In this document: positions 1 to 17,262 of the stretch, in pieces
Layout: every line of letters begins with the position of its first letter
How positions within the stretch are numbered: the first letter of the stretch is position 1
The notes under the pieces: model-generated
Databases searched by the model: none
Told to the model about the DNA's origin: nothing
Seen by the model: the letters and a program-made list of their open reading frames with translations, nothing else
NCBI RefSeq assembly: GCF_009914755.1
Contig: NC_060947.1
From: the human T2T-CHM13v2.0 reference genome, Homo sapiens
Strand: one strand, 5' to 3'
DNA length: 64,000 bases
Made by a program: the position numbers and the translations under genes

Positions 1-985
1 TAGAATTTAGCTATAAATTCGTTTGATTCTGGGTTTTGTTTCACTTTGGTTTGGGTTTTTTTTTTTTGTAGTATATTTATTGCTGAGTCAATTTTGGATC
101 TTGCTATTGTTCTGTTTAGAGATTCAATTTCTTCCTGCTTCTGTCTAGGTAGTGTGTATGTGTCCATGAATTCATCCATTTCTTCTAGATTTTTAGTTTG
201 TGTTAACAGAAGTGTTTATGGTACTTTCTAATGGTTGCTTTCATTTCTGTGGGGGTAAGTGGTAACGTCTCTTTTGTCATTTCTAATTGTGCTTGTTTGG
301 ATCTTCTCTTGTATTCTCTTTATTAGTCTACCTAGGTCTAGGTCTGTGTTATTAGTTTTTTCAAAGTACATACTACTAGACTTGTTGATATTTTGAATAT
401 TTTATGTCTCAATCTCCTTCAGTTCCACTATGATTTTGGTTATCTCTTGTCTTCTGCTAGCTTTGGAATTGGTTTGCAATTGCTTCTAGATTTTTTTTTT
501 TTCTTGTGATGTTAGGTTGTTAATTTTAGAACTTTCTAACATTTTGATCTTAGTGTTTAGTGCTATAAATTTCTCTCAATACTATCTTTTCTGTGTTTCA
601 AAGAGTCTGCTATGTTGTATCTTTGTACTCATTAGTGTCAAAGAACTTATTGATTTCTGCCTTAATTTCATCATTTATTTATGCCATTCAGAAACAACGT
701 ACTGAATCAATTGTATGGTTTTGAGAAATTTTTCTAGTCTTGATATCTATTCTTATTGTGGTGTGGTGTGAGACAGTGGTTGGCAGGATTTTTTTTTTTT
801 TTGCATTTGCTGAGATTAATCCAACTGTGTGACTGATTTTAGATTATGTATCATGTGGTAATGAGAAAAATGTATATTTTGTTGCTTTTCGGTGGAGAGT
901 TCTGTAGATATCTATCAGACCCATTTGGTCCAGTATTGTGTTCAGCTTCTGAATATCTTTATTAATTTTCTGCCTCAATAATTAG

Positions 986-3985
<3,000 letters not shown>

Positions 3986-6033
3986 TAATTAGTTTTATAG
4001 TGTCAGTTGGATGTTGAAGTCTTCCATTATTACTGCGTGGGAGTTGAAGTGTCACTGAAGGTCTCTGAGAATTTGCTTTATAAATTTGAGTGCTTCTGTA
4101 TTGGATGCATATGTATTTAGAATAGTTAGGTCTTATTGTTGAATTGAACCCTTTATCATTATGTAATGGCCTTTCTTGTCTTTTATGTCATTGTTGGTTT
4201 AAAGTCTGTTTTGTCTGAAATTAGGATTATGATTCTTTTTTTTTCTGTTTTCTAATTGCTTAGTACATTTTCCTCCATCCCTTTATTTTGAGCCTGTGGG
4301 TGTCATTACATATAAGATTGGTCTCTTGAAGACAGCATACCAATGGGTCTTGCTTCTTTATCCAGCCTACCACTGTGCCTTTTTATTCATGTCATTTAGC
4401 TGGTTTACATTCAATGTTAGTATTGATATGTGTGGATTTGATTCTGTCATTGTGTTCTTAGCTCGTTATTAAGCAGACTTGTTTGTGTGGTTACTTTATA
4501 GTGTCACTCTTGTGTATACTTAAATGTGTATTTCCAGTGGCTGGTAATGTTCTTTTTTCCATATTTAGTGTTTTTTCCAGGAACACTTGTGAGACAATTT
4601 TGGTAGTAATCAATACCCACAGCATTTGCTTATCTGAAAAGAACCTTATTTCTCCCTTGATTTTGTAGCTTAGTTTGGCTGGATATGATATTCTTTTTCT
4701 GTAAGAATGTTGAATATAGTCCCTAGTGTCTTCTGTCTTGTTGGGTTTCTGCTGATAGGTTCACTGTTGGGCTTTTCTTTTTAGGTGGCCTCTCCTTTCC
4801 GTTTAGATGCTTTAACATTTTTTTCTTCATTTTACCCTAGGAGATTCTAATAATCTTGTATCTTGGATGATGATCTTCTCATGAAGTATCTTTTTGGAGT
4901 TTTTTGCATTTCCTGATTTGAATGTTGGCCTCTTTACCTAGGTGGGGAAGTTCTCATGGATGATATGCTGAAATAGGTTTTCCTAGTTGCTTCCATTCTC
5001 CTCATCTTTTTCAGGGATGCCAATTAATCATTGATTTGGTCTCTACATAATTCCATATTTCTGAGAGATTTTCTTCATTTCTTTTTATTCTATTTTCTTT
5101 ATTCTTATCTGACTTCCTTATTTCAGAAGGCCAGTATTCAAGCTCTGAGACTCTTTCCTCAGATTTGTTTATTCTTCTATTAATACTTGCAATGTCATTA
5201 TAAAATTCTTGCAGTGTGTTTCTCAGCTCTATCAAGTTGGTTACATTTGTTTCTATACTGGTTATTTTGTCTGTCAGCTGCTATATTATTTTATTGTGAT
5301 TCTTAGCTTTCTTTGAAACCCAGCACTGCATTCCAATCATGATTACCTTCTTTCCTATTCATATTCTGAATTCTATTTCTATTATTTCCGCCATCTCAGC
5401 CTGATTAAGAACCATTGATGAACAACTAGTTCAGTGATTTGCAGGAAAAGGCACTCTGACTTCTTGAGTTGTCAGAGTTCTTGCACTGTTTTTTCTCATC
5501 TTTTTGGGCATATGTTCCTTTAATCTTTGAAGTTGCTGTCCTTTGAGTGATTTATTTTCTTTTATCTTATTTGATTACCACAGGGGTTTTATGATGTATA
5601 AGTTGGATTTTGTTGACTGACTTTGTTTTTGGAAGATTTTAAGGGTCCAAGTTTCAGCTCAGGACTCCTAGGCTGGGTGCTTTCCCTCTGGGAAACTGTC
5701 ATCAAGTCCTGGCTTTGTTCTCTGGATCCTCAATCATAGGAAACTGCTGCACTGGAGGGACCATGGCATTTGTGAACTGCTGGTCACAATATTTTGATGG
5801 GTGGTGCCAGCCAAAGTGCTTTGTAGGGTGGTAGCAGTGAGATCCATCCTCATTCACACTTGTCAGTAGTGGCAGCAGCAGTAGCAAGTGGTTTGCAAGT
5901 TTTTTGGCTGCAGTAGGGTGCTAGTGAGTGCTGGGGTTCCAGCCTCCATGTGAGTGTTTGAAACAGTTCAAACTGTGGCAGTGACACAAAAGACTGGGGG
6001 GCCTCTGCCTGCATCTGTGTGTGCATTTACACT

Positions 6034-8218
6034 TGTATTAGTTTGTTTTCACACTGCAGTCCTGAGACAGATCCGATACTGGGAAGAAAATGGTTTAATT
6101 GGAATTACAGTGCCACATGGCTGGGGAGGCCTCAGAATCATGGTGGGATGCAAAATGCCCTTCTTACATGGTGGTGGCAAGAAAAATTGAGGAAGAAGCA
6201 AAAGCAGAAACCCCTGATAAACTCACCAGATCTCATGAGACTTATTCACTATCATGAGACTAGCACGGGAAAGACTAACCACCATGATTCAGTTATTTCC
6301 CCCTGGGTCCCTCCCACAACACGTGAGAATTCTGGCAGATACAATTCAAATTGAGATTTGGGTGGGGACACAGCCAAACCATATCATTCTGCCCCTGGAC
6401 CCTGCAAATCTTATGTCCTCACATTTCAAATCCAATTATGCCTTCCCAACAGTCCCCCAAAGTCTTAACTCATTTCAGCATTAACTCAAAACTCCACAGT
6501 CCAAAGTCTCATCTGAGACAAGGTAAGTCCCTTCTGCCTAGAAGCCTGCAAAATCGAAAGCAAGCTCATTACTTCCTCGATACAATGGGGGTGCAGGTAT
6601 TGGGTAAATGCAGCCATTTCAAATGGGAGAAATTGGCTAAAACAAAAGGGGTTACAAGGCCCATGCATGTCCAAAATCCTGCAGGTCTGTCAAATTTTAA
6701 AGCTCCAAAATGATCTTATTTGACTCCAGGTCTCACATCCAGGTCACACTGATGCCAGAGCTGGGTTCCCATGGTCTTGGGCAGCTCCACTTCTGTGGCT
6801 TTGTAGGGTGTAGCTTCCCTCCTGGCTGCTTTCATGGGCTGGATTGAGTGTCTGTAACTCTTCCAGGCACACGATGCAAGCTGTCAGTCAATCTACCATT
6901 CTGGTGAGGGTCTCGCCCCTGCAGCAAACTTTTATCTGGGCATCCAGGCATTTCCATGCATCTTCCAAAATGTAGGCAGAGGTCCCCAAATCTCAATTCT
7001 TGACTTCTGTGCACCCGCAGGCTCAATACCACGTGGAATCTGCCAAGGCTTGGGGCTTCCACCCTCTGAATCCACAGCCTGAGCACTACACTGGCTCTTT
7101 TCAGCCATGGCTGGAGCATCTGGGATGCAGGGCATCAAGTCCCTAGGCTGCACACAGCACGTGGACCCTGGTCCCAGCCCGTGAAACCACCCTTTCCTCT
7201 GGGCCTGTGATAGGAAGGCCTGCCAAAAAGTCTCTGACATGGCCTGGAGACATTTTCCCTATGGTCTTGGGGATTAACATTATGCTCCTTGCTACTTATG
7301 CAAATTTCCACAACCAGCTTGGATTTCTTCTCAAAAAATAGGTTTTTCTTTTCTATGGCATTGTCAGGCTGCAAATTTTCTGAACTTTTATGCTCTGTTT
7401 CCCTTTTAAAATGGAATGCTTTAACAGCACCCAAGTCACCTTTTGAATGCTTTTCTGCTTAGAAATTTCTTCTGCCAGATACCCTAAATCATCTCTCTCA
7501 AGTTCAAATTTCCACAAATCTCTAGGGCAGGGGCAAAATGCCTCCAGTCTCTTTGCTAAAACATAACAAGAGTCACCTTTGCTCCAGTTCCCAACAAGTT
7601 CCCCATCTCCATCTGAGACCACCTCAGCCTGGATTTCATTGCCCATATCATTATCAGCATTTTTGTCAAAGCCATTCAACAAGTCTCTAGGCGGTTCCAA
7701 ACTGTCTCACATTTTTCTGTCTTCTTTTGAGCCTTCCAAACTGTTCCAACCTCTGCCTGTTACCCAGTTACAAAGTCATTTCCACATTTTCGGGTATCTT
7801 TTCAGCAACACCCCACTCTACGGGTACCAATTTACTGTATTAGTTCATTTTCATCCTGCTATTAAAGACAGAACTGAGATATGAAAGAAAAAGAAGTTTA
7901 ATTGGATTTACCGTTCCACATGGCTGGGGAGGCCTCAGAATCATGGTGGAGGCAAAAGGCATTTCTTATATGGTGGCGGCAAGAAGAAATGAGGAAGAAG
8001 CAAAATTGGAATAAAATAAAAAAATAAAATAAAAAAAAAGGAAACCCCTGACGAACCCATCAGATCTCATGAGACTTGTTCACTATCATGAGAATAGCAT
8101 GGGAAAGACAGGCTCCCATGATTCAATTACCTTCCCCTTGGTCCTCCCACACACATGGGAATTCTGGCAGATATAATTCAAGTTGAGATTTGGGTGGGGA
8201 CATGGCCAAACCATATCA
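6034..8218 (-). mobile_element. THE1A MaLR provirus (LTR 6034-6386, internal 6387-7835, LTR 7836-8218)
   Basis: Two ~350-380 bp direct repeats, each running TGTATTAG...CCAAACCATATCA (reverse complement TGATATGGTTTGG...TAATACA), flank a ~1.45 kb THE1 internal region (ORF remnant 7353-7700, DLWKFELERDDLGYLAEEISKQ). Confidence 0.92.
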
Positions 8219-9769
8219 GAACCGGTGGTCGTGTTAGCATGGGGATGCGTAACTGGTGGGCAGAGGACTGTGTGCACCCTCTGTGCACTTTCACAGTGGC
8301 TGCTCAGGGCAGAGGTGGGTCCACTATTATTTGTATCCAGTTTTGTGCTGGTGGTAGTTGTGGCACAGGGGAGGGGCACTGGTGCGAGCAGGGCTCACGG
8401 ACTCTGTGCCCACCAACACTTCAACAGTGATGGTAATGAGGTGATGGGAGGGGTTATGGGGCACACTCACACTTGCCACACTGAATGGCAGGGTTCATGT
8501 GCACACACGTGCTGGTGGGAAAAGGGAGGTAGGCTTTGCTTACCCAGACATGTGCTGGCAAAGTGATATAGGAAGTGGCTGTGTGAGAGCATTCAGGCAG
8601 AGTGGCTTGGGAGAGGCTGCCATGGCAGGAGGGTGTGGGCAGGCTGGTGTGTGTCTGCAGGGACCACTCTGCTGGAGATCTCTGCTGATCAGGTGCAGTC
8701 TGTCAGCGCAGGAGCTGTTATTTCTGCACCCAGGAGATGCCCCCAGGCACCTGAGGCTACACTGCAAGCAGGAATGGCCAGGCTGGGGCCTGGGCAAGGC
8801 CAGCAGACTGAGGAGTTCTCAGATTAAACCAGCCTTGTCTCATGACTGTGACCACCCTGCAGGGTTCGGGTCCAAAAGTTTGCCTATGGCTAAAGTCCTC
8901 TATGGGAGCAAGTTTAGCCTGGGAGAATGGGTGTTCCCAGCTGTGCTCCACTACAGATGCTTCCATACCAAACCCTCTGGGCTCTGCACTTACTGGAGTT
9001 CTGCCCCTAACCCTTCTCTAAGCAGCTCTCTCTCACAACTCAAGTATCTGTGGTGGTCATAGAAACTTCTTCTGCCAGGATTCCAGAGGCCTGTGGTGAG
9101 AATGGGTTACTCCTTGCCTGTTCAACTCACCCTTTTCCCAGGAGTCATTGGAGGGCCAGGAATGAGTCCCAATGTGTGGTATTCCTGTGCAGGATTCCCA
9201 TTCAGCCGAGCATTTTTGTCTGCCCTTCATCCACTCTCAATGTCTTCCCTCTAAAGATCTAGGGTTGCACCAGTCATTCTGACGTCCTGGTCTCTCAGTG
9301 GCAGATGTTTTTCCTCCCTGCATCTAGTTGGCCATCTTACCACAATTTTCAGTGTTCTTGAGCATACCACTTTTTGTATATTTAGTAGTTTTTCTAGAAA
9401 TTAAAATATACATATATAACTTATCACAGTTTGCTATTATCAACATTTTACCACTTGGAATACAATATTTAAAGCTATCCTTCATATAGGTCTTACTATC
9501 CTTACCATTTAAAAAGTTTAGTTGTCACGCATATTTTCATTACATATGATGAGCAGCACAACAATATTTTTAAATGTTTTGCTTCAATTCTCAAATGTAA
9601 TTCAAGAAACTCGTAAAGACTTGAATAGTTTGTCATACCTGCCCCAGTTCTTTCCTCTTTTGTTTTTCTTCTTACCATTCTGATAGCCTGTCTTCTTTTA
9701 TTATACGATTTCTTTCAAGGTCTTTAATCAAAAGATACCTTCTTAGTAAGGCTCTCCCTAGCTACTGCA

Positions 9770-11417
9770 TTTTTTTAAATATAATTTTAAGTTCTGGGGT
9801 ACATGTGGAGAACATGCAGGTTTGTTAAATAGGTATACACATGCCATGGTTGTTTGCTACACCCATCAACCCTTGATCTACATTAAGTATTTCTCTTAAG
9901 GCTATCCCTCCCCTAGCCCCACAGCCCCCGACAAGCCCCAGTGTGTGATGTTCACTGCACTGTGTCCATGTGTTCTCATTGTTCAACTCCCACATATAAG
10001 CAAAAACATGTGGTGTTTGGTTTACTGTTCTTGTGTTAGTTTGGTGAGAAAGATGGTTTCTAGCTTCATCCATGCCCCTGCAAAGGACATGAACTCATCC
10101 TTTTTTATGGCTGCATAGAATTCCGTGGTGTATATCTGCCACATTTTCTTTATTTAGTCTGTCACTGACGGACATTTGGGTTGGTTCCAAGTCTTTGCTG
10201 TTGTGAACAGTGCCGTGATAAACATACATGTGAATGTCTCTTTATAGTAGAATGATTTGTAATCCTTTGAGTATATACCCACTAAGGGGATTGCTGGGTC
10301 AAATGGTATTTGTGGTTCTAGATCCTTGAAAAATTGCCACACTGTGTTCCACAATGGTTGAAATAATTTACACTCCCATCAACAGTGTAAAAGCATTCCT
10401 TTTTCTCCACATCCTCTGCAGCACCTGTGGTTTCCTGACTTTTTAATGATCGCCATTCTAACTGGTGTGAGATGGTATCTCATTGTGGTTTTGATTTGCA
10501 TTTCTCTAATGACCAGTGATGATGAGCTTTTCTTCGTATGTTTGTTGCCAGCATAAATGTCTTCTTTTGAGAAGTGTCTGTACATATCCTTTGTCCACTT
10601 TTTGATGGGGTTGTTTGTTTTTTTCTTGTAAATTTGTCTAAGTTCCTTGTAGATTCTGGATATTAGCCCTTTGTCAGATAGATAGATAGATTGCAAAAAT
10701 TTTCTCCCATTGTGTAGGTTGCCTGTTCACTGTGATGATAGTTCATTTTGCTGTGCAGAAGCTCTTTAGTTTAATTAGATCCCATTTGTCAATTTTGGCT
10801 TTTGTTGTCATTGCTTTTGGTATTTTAGTCATGAAGTCTTTGACCATGCCTATGTACTGAATAGTATTGGCTAGGTTATCTTGTAGGGTTTTTATGGTTT
10901 TAGGTCTTACATTTAAGTCTTTAATACATCTTGAGTTAATTTTTGTATTATGTGTAAGGAAGGGGTCCAGTTTCAGTTTTCTGCATATGGCTAGCCAGTT
11001 TTCCCAACACCATTTATTAAATAGGGAATCCTTTTCCTATTGCTTGTTTTTGTCAGGTTTGTCAAAGTTCAGAGAGTTGTAGATGTGTGGCATTATTTCT
11101 CAGGCCTCTGTTTTCTTCCATTGGTCTATATGTCTATTTTGGTACCAGTGCCATGCTGTTTTTGGTTACTGTAGCCTTTTAATATTGTTTGAAATCAGGT
11201 AGTGTGATGCCTCCAGCTTTGTTCTTTTTGTTTAGCATCCTCTTGGCTATGCGGGCTCCTTTTTGGTCCCATATGAAATTTAACGTAATTTTTTCCAATT
11301 CTGTGAGGAAAGTCAATAGTAGCTTTATGGGGATAGCATTGAATCTATAAATTACTTTTGGCAGTATGGCCATTTTCACGGTATTGATTCTTTCAATCCA
11401 TGATCATTGAATATCTT
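9770..11417 (-). mobile_element. 5'-truncated L1PA7-like LINE
   Basis: T-rich tail, L1PA 3'UTR with CCCCTAGCCCC motif, and ORF2 C-terminal fragments (10154-11379, [19 protein letters not shown]). Confidence 0.88.
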
Positions 11418-13653
11418 TTAAAATATTTTTCCATAAATAAATATTTTTTAAAACCAATTTTTAATTGATGTATAATAGATTTACATAATTTGGGGTATAT
11501 ATGTGTTAATTTAAAATTCATATATTTAGTAATGATCAAGTCAGTATACTTTTAATATCCATCACATCAAATATATTTTTTCTTCATGCTAGAAACATTA
11601 AATTATTGTCTTCTAGATATCTTGTAATGTACAATAAATAATTGTAAATTATGGTCACCGTAATGGTTTATCAAACACTATGTCTTATTTATTCTATCTA
11701 ATGGTATTTTTTACACATTAATAAGTCTTCTTTTTATTATACTTTAAGATCTAGGGTACATGTACACAATGTGCAGGTTTGTTATATAGGTATACATGTA
11801 CCATGTTGGTTTACTGTACCCATCAACTCGTCATTTTCATTAGGTATTTCTCATAATGCTACCCCTTCCCCAGCCCCTCACCCCCTGACAGGCCCCAACT
11901 TGTGATGTTCCTGGCCCTGTGTCCAAGAGTTCTCATTGTTCAACTCCTAACTATGAGTGAGAACATGCAGTCTTTGTTTTTCTGTCCTTGTGATAGTTTG
12001 CTGAGAATCATGGTTTCTAGCTTTATCCATGTCCCTGCAAATGATATGAACTCATCCTTTTTTATGGCTGCATAGTATTCCACAGCATATACGTGCCACA
12101 TATTCTTAATCCAGTCTATTATTGATGGACATTTGGGTTGGTTTCAAGTCTTTGCTATTGTGAATACTGCTGCAATAAACATACGTGTGCATGTGTCTTT
12201 ACAGTAGCATGACTTATAATCCTTTGGGTATATAACCAGTAATTGGATCACTGGGTCAAATGCTATTTCTAGTTCTATATCCTTGAGGAATCGTCACACT
12301 GTCTTCCACAATGGTTGAACTAATTTACACTCCCACCTACAATGTAAAAGCATTCCTATTTCTCCACATCCTCTCCAGCACCTGTTGTTTCCTGACTTTT
12401 TAATGATCGCCATTCTAACTGGTGTGAGATGGTATCTCATTGTGGTTTTGATTTGCATTTCTCTGATGACCAGTGATGATGAGCATTTTTTCATGTGTCT
12501 GTTGGCTACATAAATGTCTTCTTTTGAGAAGTGTCTGTTCATATCCTTTGCCCACTTGTTGATGGGTTTTTTTTTTGTTTTCTTCTTTAAATTCGTTTGA
12601 GTTCTTTGTAGATTCTGGATATTAGCCTTTTGTCTGATGGGTAGATTGCAAAAATTTTCTCCCATTCTGTAGGTTGTCTGTTCACTCTGATGGTAGTTTC
12701 TTTTGCCATGCAGAAGCTCTTTAGTTTAGTTAGATCCCATTTGTCTATTTTGGCTTTTGTTGTCATTGCTTTTGGTGTTTTAGCCTTAAAGCCTTTGCCC
12801 ATGCCTATGTCCTGAATGGTGTTGTCTAGGCTTTCTTCTAGGGTTTTTATGGTTTTAGGTCTAATATTTAAGTCTTTAATCCATCTTGAATTAATTTTTG
12901 TATAAAGTGTAAGGAAAAGTTCCAGTTTCAGCTTTCTACATATGGCTAGGAAGTTTTCCCAGCATCGTTTATTAAATTGGGAATTCTTTCCCTATTGCTT
13001 GTCTTTGTCAGGTTTGTCAAAGAACAGATGGTTGTAGACGTGTGGTGTTATTTCTGAGGTTCTGTTCTGTTCCATTGGTCTATATATCTTTTTTGGTACC
13101 AGTACCATGATGTTTGGGTTACTGTAGCCTTGTAGTATAATTTGAAGTCAGGTAGCATGATGCCTTCAGCTTTGTTCTTTTTGCTTAGGATTGTCTTGGT
13201 AATGCAGGCTCTTTTTTGGTTCCATATGAACTTTAAAGTAGTTTTTTCCAATTCTGTGAAGAAAGTCATTGGTAACTTGATGGGGATGGCATTGAATTTA
13301 TAAATTACCTTGGGCAGTATGGCCATTTTCACAATATTGATTCTTCCTATCCATGAGCATGGAATGTTCTTTCATTTGTTTGTGTCCTCTTTTCTTTAAT
13401 TGAGCAGTGTTTTGTAGTTCTTGAAGAGGTCCTTCCCATCCCTTATAAGTCGTATTCCTAGGAATTTTATTCTCTTTGAAGCAATTATGAATGGGAGTTC
13501 ACTCATGATTTGGCTCTCTGTTTGTCTGTTATTGGTGTATACGAATGCTTGTGATTTTTGCACATTGATTTTGTATCCTGAGACTTTGCTGAAGTTGCTT
13601 ATCAGCTTAAGGAGATTTTGAGCTGAAATGATGGAGTTTTCTAAATATACAAT

Positions 13654-14106
13654 TGTCACATGCGTCCGTGTGAAGAGACCACCAAATAGGCTTTGTGTGA
13701 GCAATAAAGCTTTTAAATTACCTGGGTGCAGGCGGACTGAGTCAGAAAAGAGAGTCAACAAGGGTGGTGGGATTATCATTAGTTCTTATAGGTTTGCAAT
13801 AGGTGTACAAAGTACATTCTCAAGGGTGGGGAGAATATTAAATAGTACCTTCTTAAGGGTCGGGGAGAATATTGTGAAGTACCTTCTTAAGGGCGGGGGA
13901 GAATATTACAAAGTACCTCCTTATGGGCAGGAGAGAATATATCGTATCAGTTAGCGTGGGGCAGGAACAAATCACGATGGTGGAATGTCATCAGTTAAGG
14001 CTATTTTCACTTATTTTGTGGATCTTCAGGTGCTTCAGGCCATCTGGATGTATACGTGCAGGTCACAGAGGACATGATGGCTTAGCTTGGGCTCAGAGGC
14101 CTGACA
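13654..14106 (-). promoter_or_regulatory. HERV-H 3' LTR (LTR7 family, probably type II/LTR7B)
   Basis: Minus strand starts TGTCAGGCCTCTGAGCCCAAGCTAAGCC and ends CACACGGACGCATGTGACA. Four tandem ~32 bp repeats at ~13809-13940. Confidence 0.85.
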
Positions 14107-17100
14107 TTCCTGTCTTCTTATATTAATAATAAAAAGAAATCAAAATAGTGGTGAAGTGTTGGGGCAGCGAAAATTTTTGGGGGTGGTTTGGAAAAATAAT
14201 TGGCGATCTTTCTCAGGGCTGCTTCGAGCGGGATTAGGGGCAGCACAGCAACCTACTGTGGGAGACATTAAACTGAAGAAAGATTTCGGGGTAAGGAGTG
14301 ATATTGTGGGTTTGGTAGAAGGAGCACTTGTAATATAGAATTATTGGTGATGGTCTGGATGCGGTTTTGTATGAATTGAGAAACTAAACGGAAGACACAA
14401 GGTCCAAATAAAAGAGGGAGAAAAATAGGTATTAAAGGATTAAGAATTGGGAGTACCCAGGACATCCAATTAGATGGTGTGCAAGGGGGTTCAAAGCAAT
14501 TATTTTCTTGGTTGGAAAGCTTTTGGGCTCTATCCTTGAGTTTTTTTATGTTGTCATATACCAGGCCACATTGATTTAAGTAAAAACAACAGTCTTTATT
14601 TAAAAATATACTCACTTTTTCAGCAGTGAGTAAGTTGATGCCTCAGCGATTTTGGAGGAAAGAGAAATGCAAAGCCAGCAATTGTTTGTTAAAGAAGGAT
14701 TAGAAATGGCTAAGAGAGAGTGAGTGAGATTGATAGTGTGGTGGAGATAGCTGTTGAGAGGTAGAGGTTGGCATAAGAACAGGAGAGAGAATAAGAGCGA
14801 GTATAAAAGTGAAGAATAGGACTTCATCAGGGTGGAGGTATTGGAGCATGCCGTGTCAGCAAAGATCATCCATCCACTCCAAGAGGGAGTCAAGAGTGGC
14901 GGACTGGGGAGAGTACCAGGAGATATGCACTATGATGGTTTGGAGGAAAAGTGTAAACCAGCCGTATAAACAAGGGCAGGGCATTTACGAGAAGTTGAGA
15001 ATGGTGAATAGGAGTATGACTAGATAGAAGATAGTAGGGATGACAAGTTTTTGGTGTGCAGTCCAAGTAGTGGGGGGTGACTGTGTAAAGCCCTGTTGTA
15101 AAGAGTAGGGTAAGGAAGAAGAGATCTAATAAAAATGAAAGGGTGTATTAGGACCATAAGGGTTATTACTGTTCTTAAGAAATGCGAGTGAGTTTAAGGG
15201 AAGTAGGGGTGAGTAATTGCGACTTCCAGGAGGAAGAGGGGAGATCAGGCTGGCTGTCCGACGGACACAGCTTTATTCTGGAACAATGAACCTAATGGGG
15301 GGGGTGCGGTCCTGCAGACAAACAGCCTTTGGGGTACTATAGATGACTAAGTAGGGTCTGCTCCCCCGAGGTTGTAAAGTTTGTCAGATTCTTAACAAGA
15401 ACTGATCATCCAGCTGAGGTGTCTTCATATGGCTGGGAATCTGGAGTAGGCAAGAGAAGATTAGCAGCCTGGCAAATTTCCTGTCTAGCCTGCTGGAGGA
15501 CTGGAAGGTAATCACCTAGAGGGCTGGTGTCTGAAATGAGTCTGGGGCTTAATAAAAACGAGTGTCCCTACAGGAGTTCCAATGGGCTGTACCCTGTAGC
15601 ATCCCGAAGACAGGCCCAAATTCTGAAAAGGGCAAGTGGTAGAAGTACTGTCCAGTCCTTTTTAAGTTGGAGGCTGAGTTTGGTGAGGTGTGTCTTTAAA
15701 AGACCATTAGTCCATTCTACCTCTCCTGAAGATTGAGGACGATAAGGAGTATGAAGTTTCCACCGAATACCAAGAGCCTGAGAAACTGCTTGGGTGATTT
15801 GACTAATAAAGGCCGGTCTGTTATCGGACTGTATAGAGGTGGGAAGGACAAATCGAGGAATTATTTCTGACAGAAGGGAAGAAATAACCATGGTGGCCTT
15901 CTCAGACACTGTGGGAAAGACCTCTACCCATCCAGTGAAAGTATCTACCCAGACCAAAAGGTATTTTAGTTTCCTGACTCAGAGCATGTGAGTAAAGTCA
16001 ATTTGCCAGTCCTGGGCAGGGGCAAATCCCCAAGGTTGATGTATAGGGAAGGGAAGGGGCCTGAATGATCCCTGAGGAATAGTAGAATAACAAATGGAAC
16101 ACTGAGAAGTAATTTCCTTGAGGATAGATTTCCATGATGGAGAGGAAATGAGAGGTTCTAAGAGGCAGGCTGGCAGCTTGTAAACTACATGGAAGATTTT
16201 ATGAAATGACGACAGAATAGAATGGGCCTGTGAGGCTGGGGATATTTTCATTTGCCCAAGAACCATTTGCCTTGTGTGGGTAGAGATTGACAGGTGGAAG
16301 TTTCAGTGGGAGAGTAGGTGGGAGTGACCGATGAGAAGGAGAAAATCTGGCCATGAGGGAGCAGCCTGGGGAGGAGGGGAGAGGAACGTTGGGTCCGTTG
16401 AAAAGGAAGATTCAAAGGACTTAGAGCTTGGAGTGGAGACTGGAGGAACAGACAGGAGAGAAAGAAGAAAGATTTGGGATGAGTTGCATTGGGAGCAGAG
16501 ACTAGGGAGGGTCTGATGTGTAAAAGAATGCCTGGACATCAGGCACCTCAGACCATTTGCCCATTTCTTGACAAAAAATTATCGAGCTCTTGTAGGATGG
16601 AGAAATTGAAAGTGCCATTTTCTGGCCATTTAGAGCCATTATCAAGTTTGTATTGGGGCCAAGTAGTTTTGCAGAAGAAAATAAGATGCTTAAGTTTTAG
16701 GTCAGGCAAGAGTTGAAGTGGTTTTAAGTTTTTGAGAACACAGGCTAAGGGGAAGGGGAATGGAGGGTGGAAAGTTGCCCATAGTGAAGTAGGCAAGCCC
16801 AGAGAAAAGAGAGGGTAGAGACACGGAGAAGAGGGACAGTGAGCAGCCCTGGGCTGCAATGTGGGTGAGCAGCCAAAGCAGGTGTCCCCACAAATTGACT
16901 TGCCACCAAGGTAATGTGGGTGAATGACCAAGGCAGGTGTCCCCATGGTGATCAGACACCAATAGAATGGCAGTGAATAATCAGGGCAGGCATCCCCACA
17001 GTGATTAAACACCAAGGGAAGACTGTCTTCCCGAGTCCATGATTGGCACTGGAGTTTTGGTTCCACAGATAAAATATGTCTCCTTTGTCTCTATTAGACA

Positions 17101-17262
17101 GGAAAAAGAACTGGGACTGGAAGGACAGGGAGGTTGAAGTGTAGCGAGAGAGGCTGGAGAAGAGAGTGAAAAGACCATTTACCCAATTTGAAATTGGTGA
17201 GATGTTCCTTGGGCTGGTTGGTCTGACGACCCGAGGTCGTAGGTGGATCTCCTCACAAAGGA
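13654..17262 (-). mobile_element. HERV-H provirus remnant (partial leader, deleted gag/pol/env, 3' LTR); 5' LTR and PBS absent
   Basis: Env TM remnant 14268-14615 (CCFYLNQCGLVYDNIKKLKDRAQKL..LLFGPC). Integrase core 15568-15957 (WVDTFTGWVE..SDNRPAF..HTPYRPQSSG). Zinc-finger remnant 15979-16266. Gag start region ~16600-16780 (MGNFPPSIP; WPQYKLDNGSKWPENGT). PPT AAGAAGACAGGAA adjacent to the LTR. Confidence 0.93.

Noticed and set aside
8499-9062. 187-aa plus-strand ORF
   Set aside because: Lies antisense in a GC-richer old L1 5'UTR, has a non-ATG start and no recognisable domain.
13396-13779. LTR7-L1 ORF2 chimeric ORF (127 aa)
   Set aside because: Chance in-frame join of LTR sequence to a short ORF2 piece that ends at a nearby frameshift. 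No evidence of expression from sequence alone.
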